Origin: Telmatocola sphagniphila
Lineage (GTDB): Bacteria; Planctomycetota; Planctomycetia; Gemmatales; Gemmataceae
NCBI RefSeq assembly: GCF_018398935.1
Contig: NZ_CP074694.1
Location: 420,001-452,000, forward strand
Direction: 5' to 3'
Length of the DNA stretch: 32,000 nucleotides
In this document: piece after piece, positions 17,506 through 26,983 of the stretch
Numbering within the stretch: position 1 is the stretch's first letter
Layout: the number at the start of each line of letters is the position of its first letter
Program-made: the position numbers and the translations under genes
The notes under the pieces: generated by a model
The model's input: the letters and a program-made list of their open reading frames with translations, nothing else
The model's database searches: none
What the model was told of the DNA's origin: nothing

Positions 17506-17898
17506 ATGAACGAACCTGAATTCATCAACCCCAACAAGCTCCGACCGGGACCGATTCGAAATGAGTCGTTGCCTCCAAATCTGCTCAACAAGATCAAGGC
17601 TGTTTTCGACATAATCGGACCGTATCTCGGCATGACTCTGGAGCAGTTTGAGATCGGGTTCATGAGGGACCTTAATCCGGAGAGTGAAGTTGCTCTGTGG
17701 TGCAACATCACGATGGCGTGGCTGGCGTATCACGAAGCTCATCTAGCAAATAAGACGCTGTCGGATGAAGAGGAAGGAAAGTTGTTGGGCGCTTTGATTG
17801 CAATCTCTACAGGGATCGAAGATGTGACGAGGCTCAACGTGCCGGAGGAAGTCGGACGCAGACTGATTCGGTGCTACGACAATCCGGCAGGGGGCTGA
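17506..17898 (+). CDS. Hypothetical protein
   Basis: The ATG at 17506 begins MNEPEFINPNKLRPGP... and the ORF has balanced composition over 130 aa. The antisense ORF 17287..17742 looks less protein-like. No recognisable motif. Confidence 0.5.
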   Translation: MNEPEFINPNKLRPGPIRNESLPPNLLNKIKAVFDIIGPYLGMTLEQFEIGFMRDLNPESEVALWCNITMAWLAYHEAHLANKTLSDEEEGKLLGALIAISTGIEDVTRLNVPEEVGRRLIRCYDNPAGG

Positions 17899-17907
17899 GA
17901 CGTAACC

Positions 17908-18180
17908 ATGACAATCCTCTTCCTGCACGGCTGGCACTCGGTCCCAGGCGGCGTCAAGCCGACCTACCTGAAGGACTACGGCCACGAAGTCCTGAATCCC
18001 GCCTTGGATGGCGACAACTTCACCCAGGCCATCAAAACCGCCCAGGCTGAGTTCGATCAGCATCACCCCCAGGTCGTCGTCGGAAATTCCCGTGGTGGGG
18101 CCGTGGCGATGAACATCAATAGTGGTTCGGCCTTGGGGCCGCACATGCCACCACGGAAGAAATCAAAGCCCGTGTCCTAA
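17908..18180 (+). pseudogene. Alpha/beta-hydrolase (YqiA/UPF0227-like esterase) N-terminal fragment
   Basis: MTILFLHGWHSVPGGVKP...VVVGNSRGGAVAMN has the oxyanion-hole region and the G-x-S-x-G nucleophile elbow. The ORF then ends after about 20 more unrelated residues. No frame downstream supplies the acid or His residues. Confidence 0.55.
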
Positions 18181-18676
18181 CAGCTTGGCCATGACGCCAA
18201 AGCAGTTTTAAAATGCAGATTGGGAGAGTCAGAGAGGCGGAGCCTCAAGTGAGTTATTCGGACGTGTCCGAACTCACCAGAGTTGAGGTCTGCAATTTGC
18301 GGAATGTGTTGAATCACTTGCGCCGCAGGATAACGGAATACTGCGACGAACCGGATTAGACGTTCTCCCTCTTCAAGTGTTGATCGTCAACGGCAAAAGC
18401 AAAGTTCCTGGGCCAGGGGCATCGCCCTTTATTTGTGAGCCGTTCGTCAAGGAGGGCGAGAAGTACAGCAACCTGACCCTTGCCGAGCAACGAAAAGTGA
18501 TGCGGAGCGGGTATGAGACCATCGTTGCCTTCAAGACCTGGAAAAAAGTTGAAGCCGATCTTGGCAAGAGGTTGTGAGCGTCGGTGATGCCCACATTTCA
18601 GCGAAACGGAATGCTGCTCTGCTCCGTTGAATTCAAGTCGAAAGAAGAAATCTCGGACCTTACGCAGACCAAGGAC

Positions 18677-19147
18677 ATGAAAATGAACATCGAAATCGTT
18701 GAGGAACCGATCCGATTCCACCTGCACGGCATTGGTAGCGTCGTCGAGAACGAACGATTCGGCGAGGTTGGCTTTCGCCTCATGAACGAAATGTGGCAAG
18801 TGGTCAAGAAGGCGACGATTGCGACGACCGGCATCAACCATTGGGTTTATATGCCTGACCACAGGATGTTCGTCGGCGTTGAACTTCGCAGCCCACAGCA
18901 ACCTTCGACTCCCGATCTGCTTGAGCCGCTTGAGTTCGAGTTGCAAAGATACCTGAAGCACGTCCATGTTGGCCCGTATCAAGCATTGCCTCAAAAGTGG
19001 AAGGACTTGAAGGCCGAGCTTGCTGCTCGTGGCGAGACCATCGGCTCTCCTTCGCTGGAGATTTACGGGCATCATTGCGACGACCCATCGAAATTGGAGA
19101 CAACGATCTTGATAAGCCTCCAAACGAAATCGAAAATCACCCCTTGA
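18677..19147 (+). CDS. GyrI-like (AraC effector-binding/SOUL-type) small-molecule-binding domain protein
   Basis: MKMNIEIVEEPIRFHLHG...VGVEL...LQRYLKHVHVGPYQALPQKW..L...GETIGSPSLEIYGHHCDDPSKLETTILISL fits the GyrI-like two-repeat fold pattern. The start is ATG 18677 or 18683. The longer 18356..19189(-) ORF is an antisense shadow. Confidence 0.65.
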   Translation: MKMNIEIVEEPIRFHLHGIGSVVENERFGEVGFRLMNEMWQVVKKATIATTGINHWVYMPDHRMFVGVELRSPQQPSTPDLLEPLEFELQRYLKHVHVGPYQALPQKWKDLKAELAARGETIGSPSLEIYGHHCDDPSKLETTILISLQTKSKITP

Positions 19148-19208
19148 ATACACGTCTAGTCTCGACGCCGAGTTCTGAAGGATCGCCAAAAAAAATCACT
19201 CTGATCCC

Positions 19209-19236
19209 TTGACAAAAACAGACAGGTCTGTATACT
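19209..19236 (+). promoter_or_regulatory. tetR promoter candidate with overlapping operator O1
   Basis: TTGACA (19209-19214), a 16-nt spacer, then TATACT (19231-19236). The spacer contains the palindrome AAACAGAC-AG-GTCTGTAT (19216-19233). The tetR ATG (19243) lies 7 nt after the -10 with no SD, so the mRNA may be leaderless. Confidence 0.55.
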
Positions 19237-19242
19237 TCAGGC

Positions 19243-19824
19243 ATGGAACGAACGAAACCCAGTTCTGAAACCCGCCAGAGAATCCTGGAAACTGCCGACC
19301 GGCTGTTCTACCAGGACGGTATTCGGATGGTCGGCATCGACCGGATCATCGCCGATGCGGAAGTCGCCAAGATGAGCCTCTACAAGCACTTCCCGTCCAA
19401 AGACGACCTGATTCTGGCTGTTTTGAAGTATCGGGAAGAGAAGATTTTGGAGTTCTTCACGGCTGCGATGGAACGGCACGGTAAGCGGACGAAAGACAAG
19501 CTGCGGGCCTTTTTCGCCGCCCTCAAGGACTTTTTCGAGAGTCCCGGTTTCCGTGGATGTGCATTTCAGAACGCCGCCGTGGAACTGGCCGACCCTGCAC
19601 ATGCAGGAACGAAGTTCGTGAAGGATCACAAGCGCCGGTTCCAGGAGTTTCTGGCCGGTTTGGTCGAGGAATCGGTCGGCAAGGGGGCGGCGAAGGTTGC
19701 CCTCGCCGTGGGTTTACTCGTGGAAGGGGCAATCGTGACAGCAGTGATTCAGGGTTCGCCTGACGCCGTGGACGTGGCCCGTGACGCCGCCTTGAAAATG
19801 GTGGAGGAAGCGAACGGCGTGTAA
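19243..19824 (+). CDS. TetR/AcrR family transcriptional regulator
   Basis: N-terminal HTH: TRQRILETADRLFYQDGIRMVGIDRIIADAEVAKMSLYKHFPSKDDL. The C-terminal helical ligand domain includes GCAFQNAAVELAD. Confidence 0.9.
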   Translation: MERTKPSSETRQRILETADRLFYQDGIRMVGIDRIIADAEVAKMSLYKHFPSKDDLILAVLKYREEKILEFFTAAMERHGKRTKDKLRAFFAALKDFFESPGFRGCAFQNAAVELADPAHAGTKFVKDHKRRFQEFLAGLVEESVGKGAAKVALAVGLLVEGAIVTAVIQGSPDAVDVARDAALKMVEEANGV

Positions 19825-19850
19825 CCCATCTCTTTTTTTGTGTAAGATAT

Positions 19851-19868
19851 ATACAGACCTGTCTGTAT
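19851..19868. promoter_or_regulatory. Operator O2, a perfect 8-2-8 palindrome
   Basis: ATACAGAC-CT-GTCTGTAT lies between the tetR stop and the YdhR-like gene. It overlaps a TATAGT (-10-like) hexamer at 19866-19871. Confidence 0.55.
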
Positions 19869-19960
19869 AGTTGAGGACGTGAGTAGGAATGCGATGTGAA
19901 GAGACGGTTCTTGTCGGATCGTCGGGTCGCTGTCAGTGGCTTGAGTAGGGGAAATTTCAA

Positions 19961-20275
19961 ATGAAAAGCAAGAAAATCTTTTTGTACGGCGAACTGCAAA
20001 TGACGGTTCCCTTCAGCGACGTTGACTGGCAGTCCATCAACGCCCAACTGAAGAAGGTCCCAGGACTCGTTCGCAAGACTTGGCTCTATGGCATTCATGG
20101 GGGATCGGTGGGGGGATTCTACGAATTTGACTCCGAGGAACACGCTCGGCAATTCGCCATCGGACCCTATGCCCAGGAAGCTGCAAGCCTGGGGGCGAGC
20201 TTGACTGTGAGGCTTTTCGATGGCGAAGTCACGGAAAACGCAAGCCGTGACATGAAGTCGCCGCACTACATCTAA
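19961..20275 (+). CDS. YdhR-like (Dabb-fold) putative monooxygenase
   Basis: 104 aa. ...LKKVPGLVRKTWLYG....GGFYEFDSEEHARQF... resembles the E. coli YdhR pattern (pGfl.KvW....aGGiYlF). Confidence 0.6.
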   Translation: MKSKKIFLYGELQMTVPFSDVDWQSINAQLKKVPGLVRKTWLYGIHGGSVGGFYEFDSEEHARQFAIGPYAQEAASLGASLTVRLFDGEVTENASRDMKSPHYI

Positions 20276-20294
20276 CTCTATTTTGAGAACAACA

Positions 20295-20312
20295 ATACAG
20301 ACCTATCTGTAT
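20295..20312. promoter_or_regulatory. Operator O3, the same palindrome with one mismatch
   Basis: ATACAGAC-CT-ATCTGTAT, extendable to CAATACAGAC/ATCTGTATTG. It lies between the YdhR-like gene and the PNPOx-like gene. Confidence 0.5.
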
Positions 20313-20523
20313 TGTCTGTGGGAGTTAGCAGGCTTCGAACTGAAGAGACGAGCTACTTAACGAACTTTCTCAACGACTTGGCCGACATGACACTCGACTT
20401 TCAGAAGGCCGCGCTGGTTGAAACCTGCTCGGTTGGCGGTGGGTGTAAGTAACAAGAATCAACGTCGATCAGGGGCCAGTGGAATTCTCGCTAGCCCCTA
20501 GAACCAGAAACCAGGAGCCAGCC

Positions 20524-21144
20524 ATGAGACAGTTCCCCAGCGACGTTGCCTTTACCCCCGCCGTGAAAGGCATCCAACAGGCCAAGGGATCACGAGCAAG
20601 CTACGCCAGGGTCGAACAAGGCCGGGGCTGGCAAACTCGTGTGACGCCGGACCTCGCTGGGTTTCTGTCGGGGCTGGATATGTTCTATCTCGGGACAGCG
20701 AACGCCGAAGGTCAACCGTACATCCAGTACCGTGGCGGCAGTCCTGGCTTCTTGAAAGTGCTGGACGAGAAGACGCTCGCCTTCGCCGACTTCGGGGGCA
20801 ACCGGCAATACATCACGCTGGGCAACCTCTCCGAGAACCCGCAAGCGTTCATCTTCCTGATGGACTACGCCAACTCTCAGCGGGTCAAGATCTGGGGGAC
20901 TGCCAAGGTCATTGAGGATGATGCTGATTTGCTCGACCAACTTCGTGACCCGGACTATCCGGGCAAGGTCGAACGGGCCATCGTCTTGACCGTCGAAGCC
21001 TGGGACATCAACTGTCCTCAACACATTCACAAGCGAATTCCTCTGCGGCAGATCACGCCGCTGATTGAAGAACTACAAGGCCGTATTGCCGACTTAGAAG
21101 CACAACTCGCCGAAGCGCTGGCCAAAAGCGGTTCGGAATCTTGA
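20524..21144 (+). CDS. Pyridoxamine 5'-phosphate oxidase-family (FMN-binding split-barrel) protein
   Basis: [63 protein letters not shown]...RVKIWGTA fits the PNPOx-like pattern. The ATG at 20524 has AGGAG 6 nt upstream. The track start at 20479 is a GTG. Confidence 0.75.
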   Translation: MRQFPSDVAFTPAVKGIQQAKGSRASYARVEQGRGWQTRVTPDLAGFLSGLDMFYLGTANAEGQPYIQYRGGSPGFLKVLDEKTLAFADFGGNRQYITLGNLSENPQAFIFLMDYANSQRVKIWGTAKVIEDDADLLDQLRDPDYPGKVERAIVLTVEAWDINCPQHIHKRIPLRQITPLIEELQGRIADLEAQLAEALAKSGSES

Positions 21145-21220
21145 CCGACTTACCGACCGACTTCGTTCGACTGGTCGCCGAGGGACGACCGGATCGACAA
21201 GAACTTCCCTCGCAAGGAGA

Positions 21221-22189
21221 ATGACCATGTTTCGACGCATCACACTATCCGCACTGCTCACTCTTGCCGTTTTTGGATCAACCTTCATGCCAGTTCAAGC
21301 CGGTGAAGCGAGGGCGGAAACCCCGAAGGTGGCGCACCGCACCGTCAAGATCGATGGCCTCGACATCTTCTATCGGGAGGCGGGACCGAAGGACGCACCC
21401 ACGATTCTGCTCCTTCATGGCTTCCCAACTTCCTCGCATATGTTCCGCAACTTGATCCCGGCGTTGGCTGACAAGTACCACGTCGTCGCCCCCGATTATC
21501 CCGGCTTCGGCCAGAGTTCCGCCCCGCCTGTGGACAAGTTCACCTACACCTTCGACAAACTGGCCGAAGTCGTGGAGAAGTTCACCGAAAGGATCGGTCT
21601 GACGAAATACACTCTTTACGTCCAGGACTACGGTGCGCCAGTCGGCTATCGACTCGCCGTCAAGCACCCGGAGCGTGTGACAGGACTTGTCGTACAAAAC
21701 GGCAACGCCTACGAGGAAGGGCTGGATAACGATTTCTGGAAGCCGCTGAAAGCGTACTGGAAGGACCGTACGGAGGAGAATGCGAAGCCGCTCCGTGGTT
21801 TTCTGACGCTCGCAGGGACCAAGTGGCAATACACCGATGGGGTCCGCAACGTCGAAGCCATCAGCCCGGACACCTGGACCATCGACCAGACGCTCCTCGA
21901 CCGTCCCGGCAATCAGGAAATCCAGTTGGCCCTGTTCTACGATTACCGAACCAACTTACCGCTTTACCCGGCATGGCAGGCTTACTTCCGCAAGCATCAG
22001 CCACCGACGTTGATCGTGTGGGGCAAGAACGACAAGATTTTCCCCGCCGAGGGAGCGCAGCCCTACAAGCGGGACTTGAAAAACATCGAGTTCCACCTGC
22101 TTGATACCGGCCACTTCGCCCTGGAAGAGGACGGCCAGCAGATCGCCAGCCTGATGCGGGAGTTCCTGCAAAAAAACGTCAAGAAATAG
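21221..22189 (+). CDS. Secreted alpha/beta hydrolase (epoxide hydrolase/haloalkane dehalogenase-like, Asp nucleophile)
   Basis: Signal peptide: [23 protein letters not shown]. Also [18 protein letters not shown]...[20 protein letters not shown] (Asp nucleophile elbow) and [11 protein letters not shown]. The second ATG at 21227 has better SD spacing. Confidence 0.85.
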   Translation: MTMFRRITLSALLTLAVFGSTFMPVQAGEARAETPKVAHRTVKIDGLDIFYREAGPKDAPTILLLHGFPTSSHMFRNLIPALADKYHVVAPDYPGFGQSSAPPVDKFTYTFDKLAEVVEKFTERIGLTKYTLYVQDYGAPVGYRLAVKHPERVTGLVVQNGNAYEEGLDNDFWKPLKAYWKDRTEENAKPLRGFLTLAGTKWQYTDGVRNVEAISPDTWTIDQTLLDRPGNQEIQLALFYDYRTNLPLYPAWQAYFRKHQPPTLIVWGKNDKIFPAEGAQPYKRDLKNIEFHLLDTGHFALEEDGQQIASLMREFLQKNVKK

Positions 22190-22380
22190 GACGTTAACCA
22201 CCTTCGTTCAATCTCAATAAAGCGCCCTAAACCCTCAACATTCGGAGAGGCGAAGCGGCTGATCGTGCGAGGGTGGATTCCGGCGTTCGCCTAACCAGGA
22301 TGGAAGATTACATCGCCTCACTCAACGACACGAGCTTCACCCGTGTCGAAAGGGCGTGCAGGGCGATCTGATGGAGGATT

Positions 22381-22779
22381 TCACTGACCGTCGGCAGACC
22401 GTGGTCCCACCAAGTCCCAGCGGTTGCCGTACAGGTCGAGGAAAACGGCGACGGTCCCGTACTCCTCGACTCTCGGCTCCTCGGCGAACTGGACGCCCCG
22501 GCCTCTCATCTCGTGGTAGTCCCGCCAGAAATCGTCGGTATGAAGGAACAGGAACACCCGCCCGCCTGTCTGGTCGCCCACTCGTGCCGATTGTTCCGGG
22601 GTCGCCGCTTTCGCCAACAGCAGTGCCGTGCCGCCTCCACACGGGCGTACGGTCACCCAGCGCTTGCCGCTCGGAAGTGGGGTGTCCTCGACCGTGAACC
22701 GCAAGACCTGGGTGAAGAAGTGAATCGCCTCGTCGTAGTCACGCACGACCAGGGCGACGGCGGCAATTAAGTTCGACAT
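22381..22779 (-). CDS. VOC (glyoxalase/bleomycin-resistance/dioxygenase) family protein
   Basis: 132 aa. VALVVRDYDEAIHFFTQVLRF...FLFLHTDDFWRDYHEMRGRGVQFAEEPR.EEYGTVAVFLDLYGNRWDL is a typical VOC pattern. Confidence 0.8.
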   Translation of the reverse strand: MSNLIAAVALVVRDYDEAIHFFTQVLRFTVEDTPLPSGKRWVTVRPCGGGTALLLAKAATPEQSARVGDQTGGRVFLFLHTDDFWRDYHEMRGRGVQFAEEPRVEEYGTVAVFLDLYGNRWDLVGPRSADGQ

Positions 22780-22815
22780 GATTCAATCCTCTAATTCCTA
22801 CACAGCTTTGCCGTA

Positions 22816-23052
22816 TCACTTCCCCGCCCGCTTAACCTTGATCGACTCGACCTCCATCTTGAACGCCCCGGCCTTCTTGTCACTCAACATGAAGCTCAGG
22901 GCATTGACCTCTTCGGGCTTCACTGGCCCGGCGTCTTTGAACACTCGTCCAAACGATGTAGCCTCGAACTTGTCGAGCGGGACTCTGACCTCGATCCATT
23001 CGTCCTTCTTGGTCTGGACAGTGGCACGATACGAGAAACCATTGCTGTTCAC
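22816..23052 (-). pseudogene. CIA30 (complex I intermediate-associated protein 30)-family C-terminal fragment
   Basis: FSYRATVQTKKDEWIEVRVPLDKFEATSFGRVFKDAGPVKPEEVNALSFMLSDKKAGAFKMEVESIKV matches the C-terminal half of the CIA30 domain. The N-terminal half is absent. The ORF begins at a GTG exactly where composition switches to AT-rich. Confidence 0.55.
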
Positions 23053-23387
23053 GTTCCATTCTCATCACTCTCAGTATCCAACGTTGAATCGAAAGTTGAT
23101 TGCTTTTCTTTGATCGTAAATATCAAAACCAATAGTAGAAGCGGTGACGACATTCCAAGCAACACCAAAATCCTCTTATTCTGGCAAATGATCGATATTG
23201 CTACCAGAATTAAGTAAATAAATAACGTTACTCTAACGATAATGCTACATTTAAAATAAAAGTACCCAAATAGGAAGCCAATCAAGGACCAGAAATATGT
23301 CACATTCTCGTCAGGAAAATTACCCAACCCTATAGCATATAGTGTCAACATGATAGAGCAGCAGATACCAAAAAGCACATGTTTCAT
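23049..23387 (-). CDS. Hypothetical multi-pass membrane protein encoded in an AT-rich block
   Basis: 112 aa with about 4 hydrophobic helices and an acidic tail. The stop TGA overlaps the GTG of the CIA30 fragment (GTGA). The composition is very different from the neighbouring genes. Confidence 0.45.
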   Translation of the reverse strand: MKHVLFGICCSIMLTLYAIGLGNFPDENVTYFWSLIGFLFGYFYFKCSIIVRVTLFIYLILVAISIICQNKRILVLLGMSSPLLLLVLIFTIKEKQSTFDSTLDTESDENGT

Positions 23388-23415
23388 TATTTCTCGCTAT
23401 GATATTTCGTTATTA

Positions 23416-23634
23416 TTAATCTATACGAATAAGCTTACAAAGCAATTCAGGCTTGGATTCAAGATGGAATCGGACAGTTTTAGTATCTCCGGCAAGTATC
23501 TGAAGTTCTTCTGAATATAAAATAAGGACATCCGAAGGAATCTCATCAATACTGATTAACACCATGTACTCAGCATCACGCACGAAATATTCAACCTTGT
23601 CCGATATTTTATCAAGGATAGACAATATTAACAA
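23416..23634 (-). CDS. Hypothetical small protein (weak call)
   Basis: 72 aa with a TTG start, AT-rich and without motifs. A 41-codon GTG ORF lies just upstream on the same strand, so the pair could be fragments of one gene. Confidence 0.25.
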   Translation of the reverse strand: MLILSILDKISDKVEYFVRDAEYMVLISIDEIPSDVLILYSEELQILAGDTKTVRFHLESKPELLCKLIRID

Positions 23635-23895
23635 AATTTGATTTCGTCATTCCCTTGAGGATACATTTTCAGTGTCAATCGACAAAATGCCATCGAATTT
23701 GCCTAGTTTCTTATCGGATGGATCACTGATTTTGTCGAAGTTTGGAACCTCAACTTCCCAACTCTCCGACACGCTAGTTGGATTTATACCAATATTTTTG
23801 TCAAGTTGTTAAGCACAAGATTTGGTGACGCAATGAACAAAGATACATTTATTTGTGATCGCGGGATTCCACTTCAAGATTTTTGCTTTCAACAC

Positions 23896-24618
23896 TCAGG
23901 AAAGCTGTGCCTTCACCCAAACAAAGTTGGCATTGCTCAAGATTTGTTCACCGTTCCAGCGATAAGCACAAAGGTACCCACCCTTAGCAACGCTGAAATC
24001 CACGCACGCCACATTCGTAGCCAAAATCTGAGGTTGATTTGCAGACAGCCAGTAATGACCGACGAAAACGGGTTTGTCGGTTTCTGGATACGGTTCGGCA
24101 GAGGAAATCACTCCTTGATCAAGTTCCAGGTCGCACTCGATCTCATCGGACTGAAAGGCGTAGGTCCGGTAGGTATGCCCGCTTGGGGCCAAGTACCAAC
24201 GGGTGCGAATCTCGGTGCGAACGTGACCGTCCTTGTCCTGGAAGGAAGCTCCTTCCGGCAGTTTGCCTTCTTTACCCTTGAGAATCACCTCAACCGGGCC
24301 GAAAAGGGCGTTGCCTTTCTTGCAGGCCGAATGCAACAGTTCGGTAGTGATGCCACCTTGTTGCTCAAGGTCAGCGGCGATTTGGGACATCGATTTTTCG
24401 TCCCAGCAGGCATGAACTGCACGCAACCCCTCAAGATCAAACCACATGGGGAGGGTTCGGAACCAATCTAGATAAAACTTCAGTTCGTCGGGCTTCAACT
24501 GTTCGAGGGTCGCCCGATGCTGTTTTTGGTTTTTGGGACTGTGTCGGCGAAGGAATTGTCCTGGCACTTCCGAGTCTTCGGTGTGGTAAGCGAGAGCGTT
24601 CAGTTCGTGATTGCCCAT
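23896..24618 (-). pseudogene. Metallophosphoesterase (ApaH/PrpA-like) lacking its N-terminal metal-binding motifs
   Basis: The ORF starts MGNHELNALAYH..., which is the GNHE motif. The upstream GDxHG and GDxxDRG motifs are missing. The 5' end is interrupted by IS630 at 24625. Confidence 0.75.
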
Positions 24619-24626
24619 GACGCCTA

Positions 24627-25794
24627 GTGTAGTGTCTCAGAAATAGCGTTAGTTTTAGCTCCTTTTTGCGGTTTACTCTATAGAGAAGGAGAAAACCCAT
24701 GAAAGTCGCGCTGCCAATCTTACTTTCTGACGAGGAACGACAAACGTTGACTTCTTGGTCTCGGGGACGAAGTACTCCCGCTCGGCTGGTCCTTCGGGCG
24801 AAGATCATACTCGCGGCGGCCGCGGGTGTATTGAACAAGGACATTGCTGAGGAATGCGGCACTTCGAAGCCCACGGTGGCGCGCTGGCGGACCCGATTTG
24901 CGAAGCTGCGTTTGGCGGGTATCGAACGGGATGCTTCGCGGCCGGGTCGAACGCCAGCGATCAGCGGGAAAGTCGTCGAAGAAATTCTCCGAAAGACCAC
25001 TCAGGAGAAACCATCCGGTGCGACTCATTGGAGCACACGAACGATGGCCCAAGAGGTAGGAGTGAGCAAAGCCACCGTGCAGCGGGTCTGGTCGTCCCAC
25101 GGTCTGAAGCCTCATTTGCATAAGACCTTCAAGGTATCGAATGATCCTCAATTCGCTGAGAAACTGTGGGATGTAGTGGGCTTGTACTTGAACCCTCCCG
25201 AGCACGCCCTGGTGCTCAGTTGCGATGAGAAGAGTCAGATACAAGCCCTTGATCGCACGCAAAAAAGCTTGCCGATGGTACCCGGCCGTTGCGGCACTCT
25301 GACTCACGATTACATGCGTCATGGCACCACCACTCTGTTCGCGGCCCTGAACGTGGCCGAGGGAGTAGTAATTGGCGAATGCATGCCGCGACATCGACAC
25401 CAGGAATGGATCAAGTTTCTCAAACGGATCGATGCCGCCACCGATCCGGCCTTGGACTTGCATTTGATCGTGGACAACTACGCTACGCACAAGCATCCCA
25501 AGGTTCGGCGTTGGTTGGCCCGACATCCTCGATTCCACATGCATTTCACCCCCACGAGCAGTTCCTGGATGAATCTGGTGGAACGGTGGTTTCGCGACTT
25601 GACGGACAAACGACTGCGTCGAGGGACATTTCGAAGCGTGCCGCAATTAATCCAGGCGATTGAAGACTACATCGATCATCACAACAACACGGGAAAAGGA
25701 TTCCAATGGACCGCCAAAGCCGAGGCTATTCTGGATAAAGTCCGCCGGGCGAGGGCTACCCTGGATAAAACACATTCTGTGTGAGACACTACAC
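24627..25794 (+). mobile_element. IS630-family insertion sequence
   Basis: Perfect terminal IRs: (TA)GTGTAGTGTCTCA at 24625-24639 and TGAGACACTACAC(TA) at 25782-25796. The flanking TA dinucleotides (24625-26, 25795-96) fit the TA target duplication of IS630/Tc1. Confidence 0.9.
24699..25784 (+). CDS. IS630-family transposase
   Basis: 361 aa. The N-terminus has paired HTH regions ([11 protein letters not shown]..., [15 protein letters not shown]). The DDE region is [14 protein letters not shown]...[11 protein letters not shown]...[21 protein letters not shown] lies 8 nt upstream. Confidence 0.9.
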   Translation: MKVALPILLSDEERQTLTSWSRGRSTPARLVLRAKIILAAAAGVLNKDIAEECGTSKPTVARWRTRFAKLRLAGIERDASRPGRTPAISGKVVEEILRKTTQEKPSGATHWSTRTMAQEVGVSKATVQRVWSSHGLKPHLHKTFKVSNDPQFAEKLWDVVGLYLNPPEHALVLSCDEKSQIQALDRTQKSLPMVPGRCGTLTHDYMRHGTTTLFAALNVAEGVVIGECMPRHRHQEWIKFLKRIDAATDPALDLHLIVDNYATHKHPKVRRWLARHPRFHMHFTPTSSSWMNLVERWFRDLTDKRLRRGTFRSVPQLIQAIEDYIDHHNNTGKGFQWTAKAEAILDKVRRARATLDKTHSV

Positions 25795-25896
25795 TAGCAA
25801 AGCCCGCAAGTATGCAGTTCACAGCACGGGTACGTTAATCAGCTTCTTTGCCCAATTTCGTTTTCGTCTGAAAGTTGACCATTCGTTAAAAAGCAA

Positions 25897-26859
25897 TTAT
25901 TTTTTTTTATATATTTTTAGTTCGTTGAATTTGTTTGCAATTGCTAATATTTTTAAATCATTACTGCATGCAAATGAAAAAATTGATAAATACAGTTCTT
26001 TTTTATTAACAAAATCCATTTTACCATCGGCCAAATTATGCATGGTCATAAACCCGCCTTCCCAGGCAACAACCAAAATGTTATTTATAAGTTTGGCGTC
26101 TATAACTGGCTCCATTGGCAAATCATATACTTTTTTGTCTTTGTTATTTCCAAGTTCGGTATCTATTATGCTGCCGTGCCCTGACAGTGAGAGCATTTTC
26201 GCTGCTGAGTCGTGCAAAATAATTTTATTTACTTTGCCAGTGTGTATTCCGTATTCTTGAGTAGATTTATTTTTGTTGAAATCATATTTGTATATCATTG
26301 CGTCAGCAGTACCGAAGTACATTATCTCATGTTTAGTATCAACATCAATTGATAAAATTGCGTACTTTTGATTGGAATGATACGTTTTTTTAATTCGTTT
26401 CAGTCTTACGTCAATGTCAAATATTCTACCATCAGTGCCGGCAGCAATAATTCTTGATTCATTTTGTGAAATCCATATTCTCGAAATTCGCTGTTTGCAA
26501 TTAACTATTTCTTCTATCTGAAAGTCGTTGCTTTTATTTATCTTAAATATTAATCCGCTGTTCGTTGAAAAAAAACAAGAATCAGTTTCAGCCCCATACG
26601 CAAGCTGGTTTATATGATCATCTATTTTTTTGAAGAATTCAAGATTTTCGCCTTTCCGCAATCGATATAAGTTCGTGTCGCCTTTTGAAGTTAATGAGGC
26701 CACAAGAAGAGTATCATCCTTTAAAAAGAGGAGTTTAGTATCTACCGAACTATTCGGGATACGATAAACTTTATCGGCTAAAAAGAAGGGCTTCTCAGGC
26801 CATGTGCTTGAAAATATCACAAGTGATATGCATATATTAAACATTTTTCTCGCACCCAT
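25897..26859 (-). CDS. Hypothetical beta-propeller-like (WD40/TolB-like repeat) protein with an N-terminal signal/anchor, encoded in an AT-rich block
   Basis: 320 aa. N-terminal hydrophobic segment: MFNICISLVIFSS. Recurring beta-strand repeat motifs: IIAAGTDGRIFDIDV, MYFGTADAMIYKYDF, LSLSGHGSIIDTEL, LVVAWEGGFMTMHNL. The fold assignment is by pattern only. Confidence 0.5.
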   Translation of the reverse strand: MGARKMFNICISLVIFSSTWPEKPFFLADKVYRIPNSSVDTKLLFLKDDTLLVASLTSKGDTNLYRLRKGENLEFFKKIDDHINQLAYGAETDSCFFSTNSGLIFKINKSNDFQIEEIVNCKQRISRIWISQNESRIIAAGTDGRIFDIDVRLKRIKKTYHSNQKYAILSIDVDTKHEIMYFGTADAMIYKYDFNKNKSTQEYGIHTGKVNKIILHDSAAKMLSLSGHGSIIDTELGNNKDKKVYDLPMEPVIDAKLINNILVVAWEGGFMTMHNLADGKMDFVNKKELYLSIFSFACSNDLKILAIANKFNELKIYKKK

Positions 26860-26983
26860 AATTCAAAGTAAAGCTTATTGCTCACGTAAGATTTAATCTT
26901 AAAGGATCTGGAAAAGCCACAGTTTTTCCAAGTAATTTTGCGCTGCAAATGACTATCGAGAACATTCTTATACGTAAAAAAGG

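Noticed and set aside
18356-19189. A 277-aa minus-strand ORF overlapping the GyrI-like gene. Similar shadows occur at 14739..15497, 19523..20266, 20590..21030, 21278..21829, 23806..24471 and 24720..25646.
   Set aside because: In each case the opposite strand carries a gene with clear family motifs, while these ORFs have biased, motif-free sequences.
22200-22380. A GACACG-N9-CGTGTC hairpin (about 22327-22347) between the convergent hydrolase and VOC genes, considered as a bidirectional terminator
   Set aside because: There is no U-tract on either strand and the stem is short. It is possibly functional, but the sequence alone does not support it.
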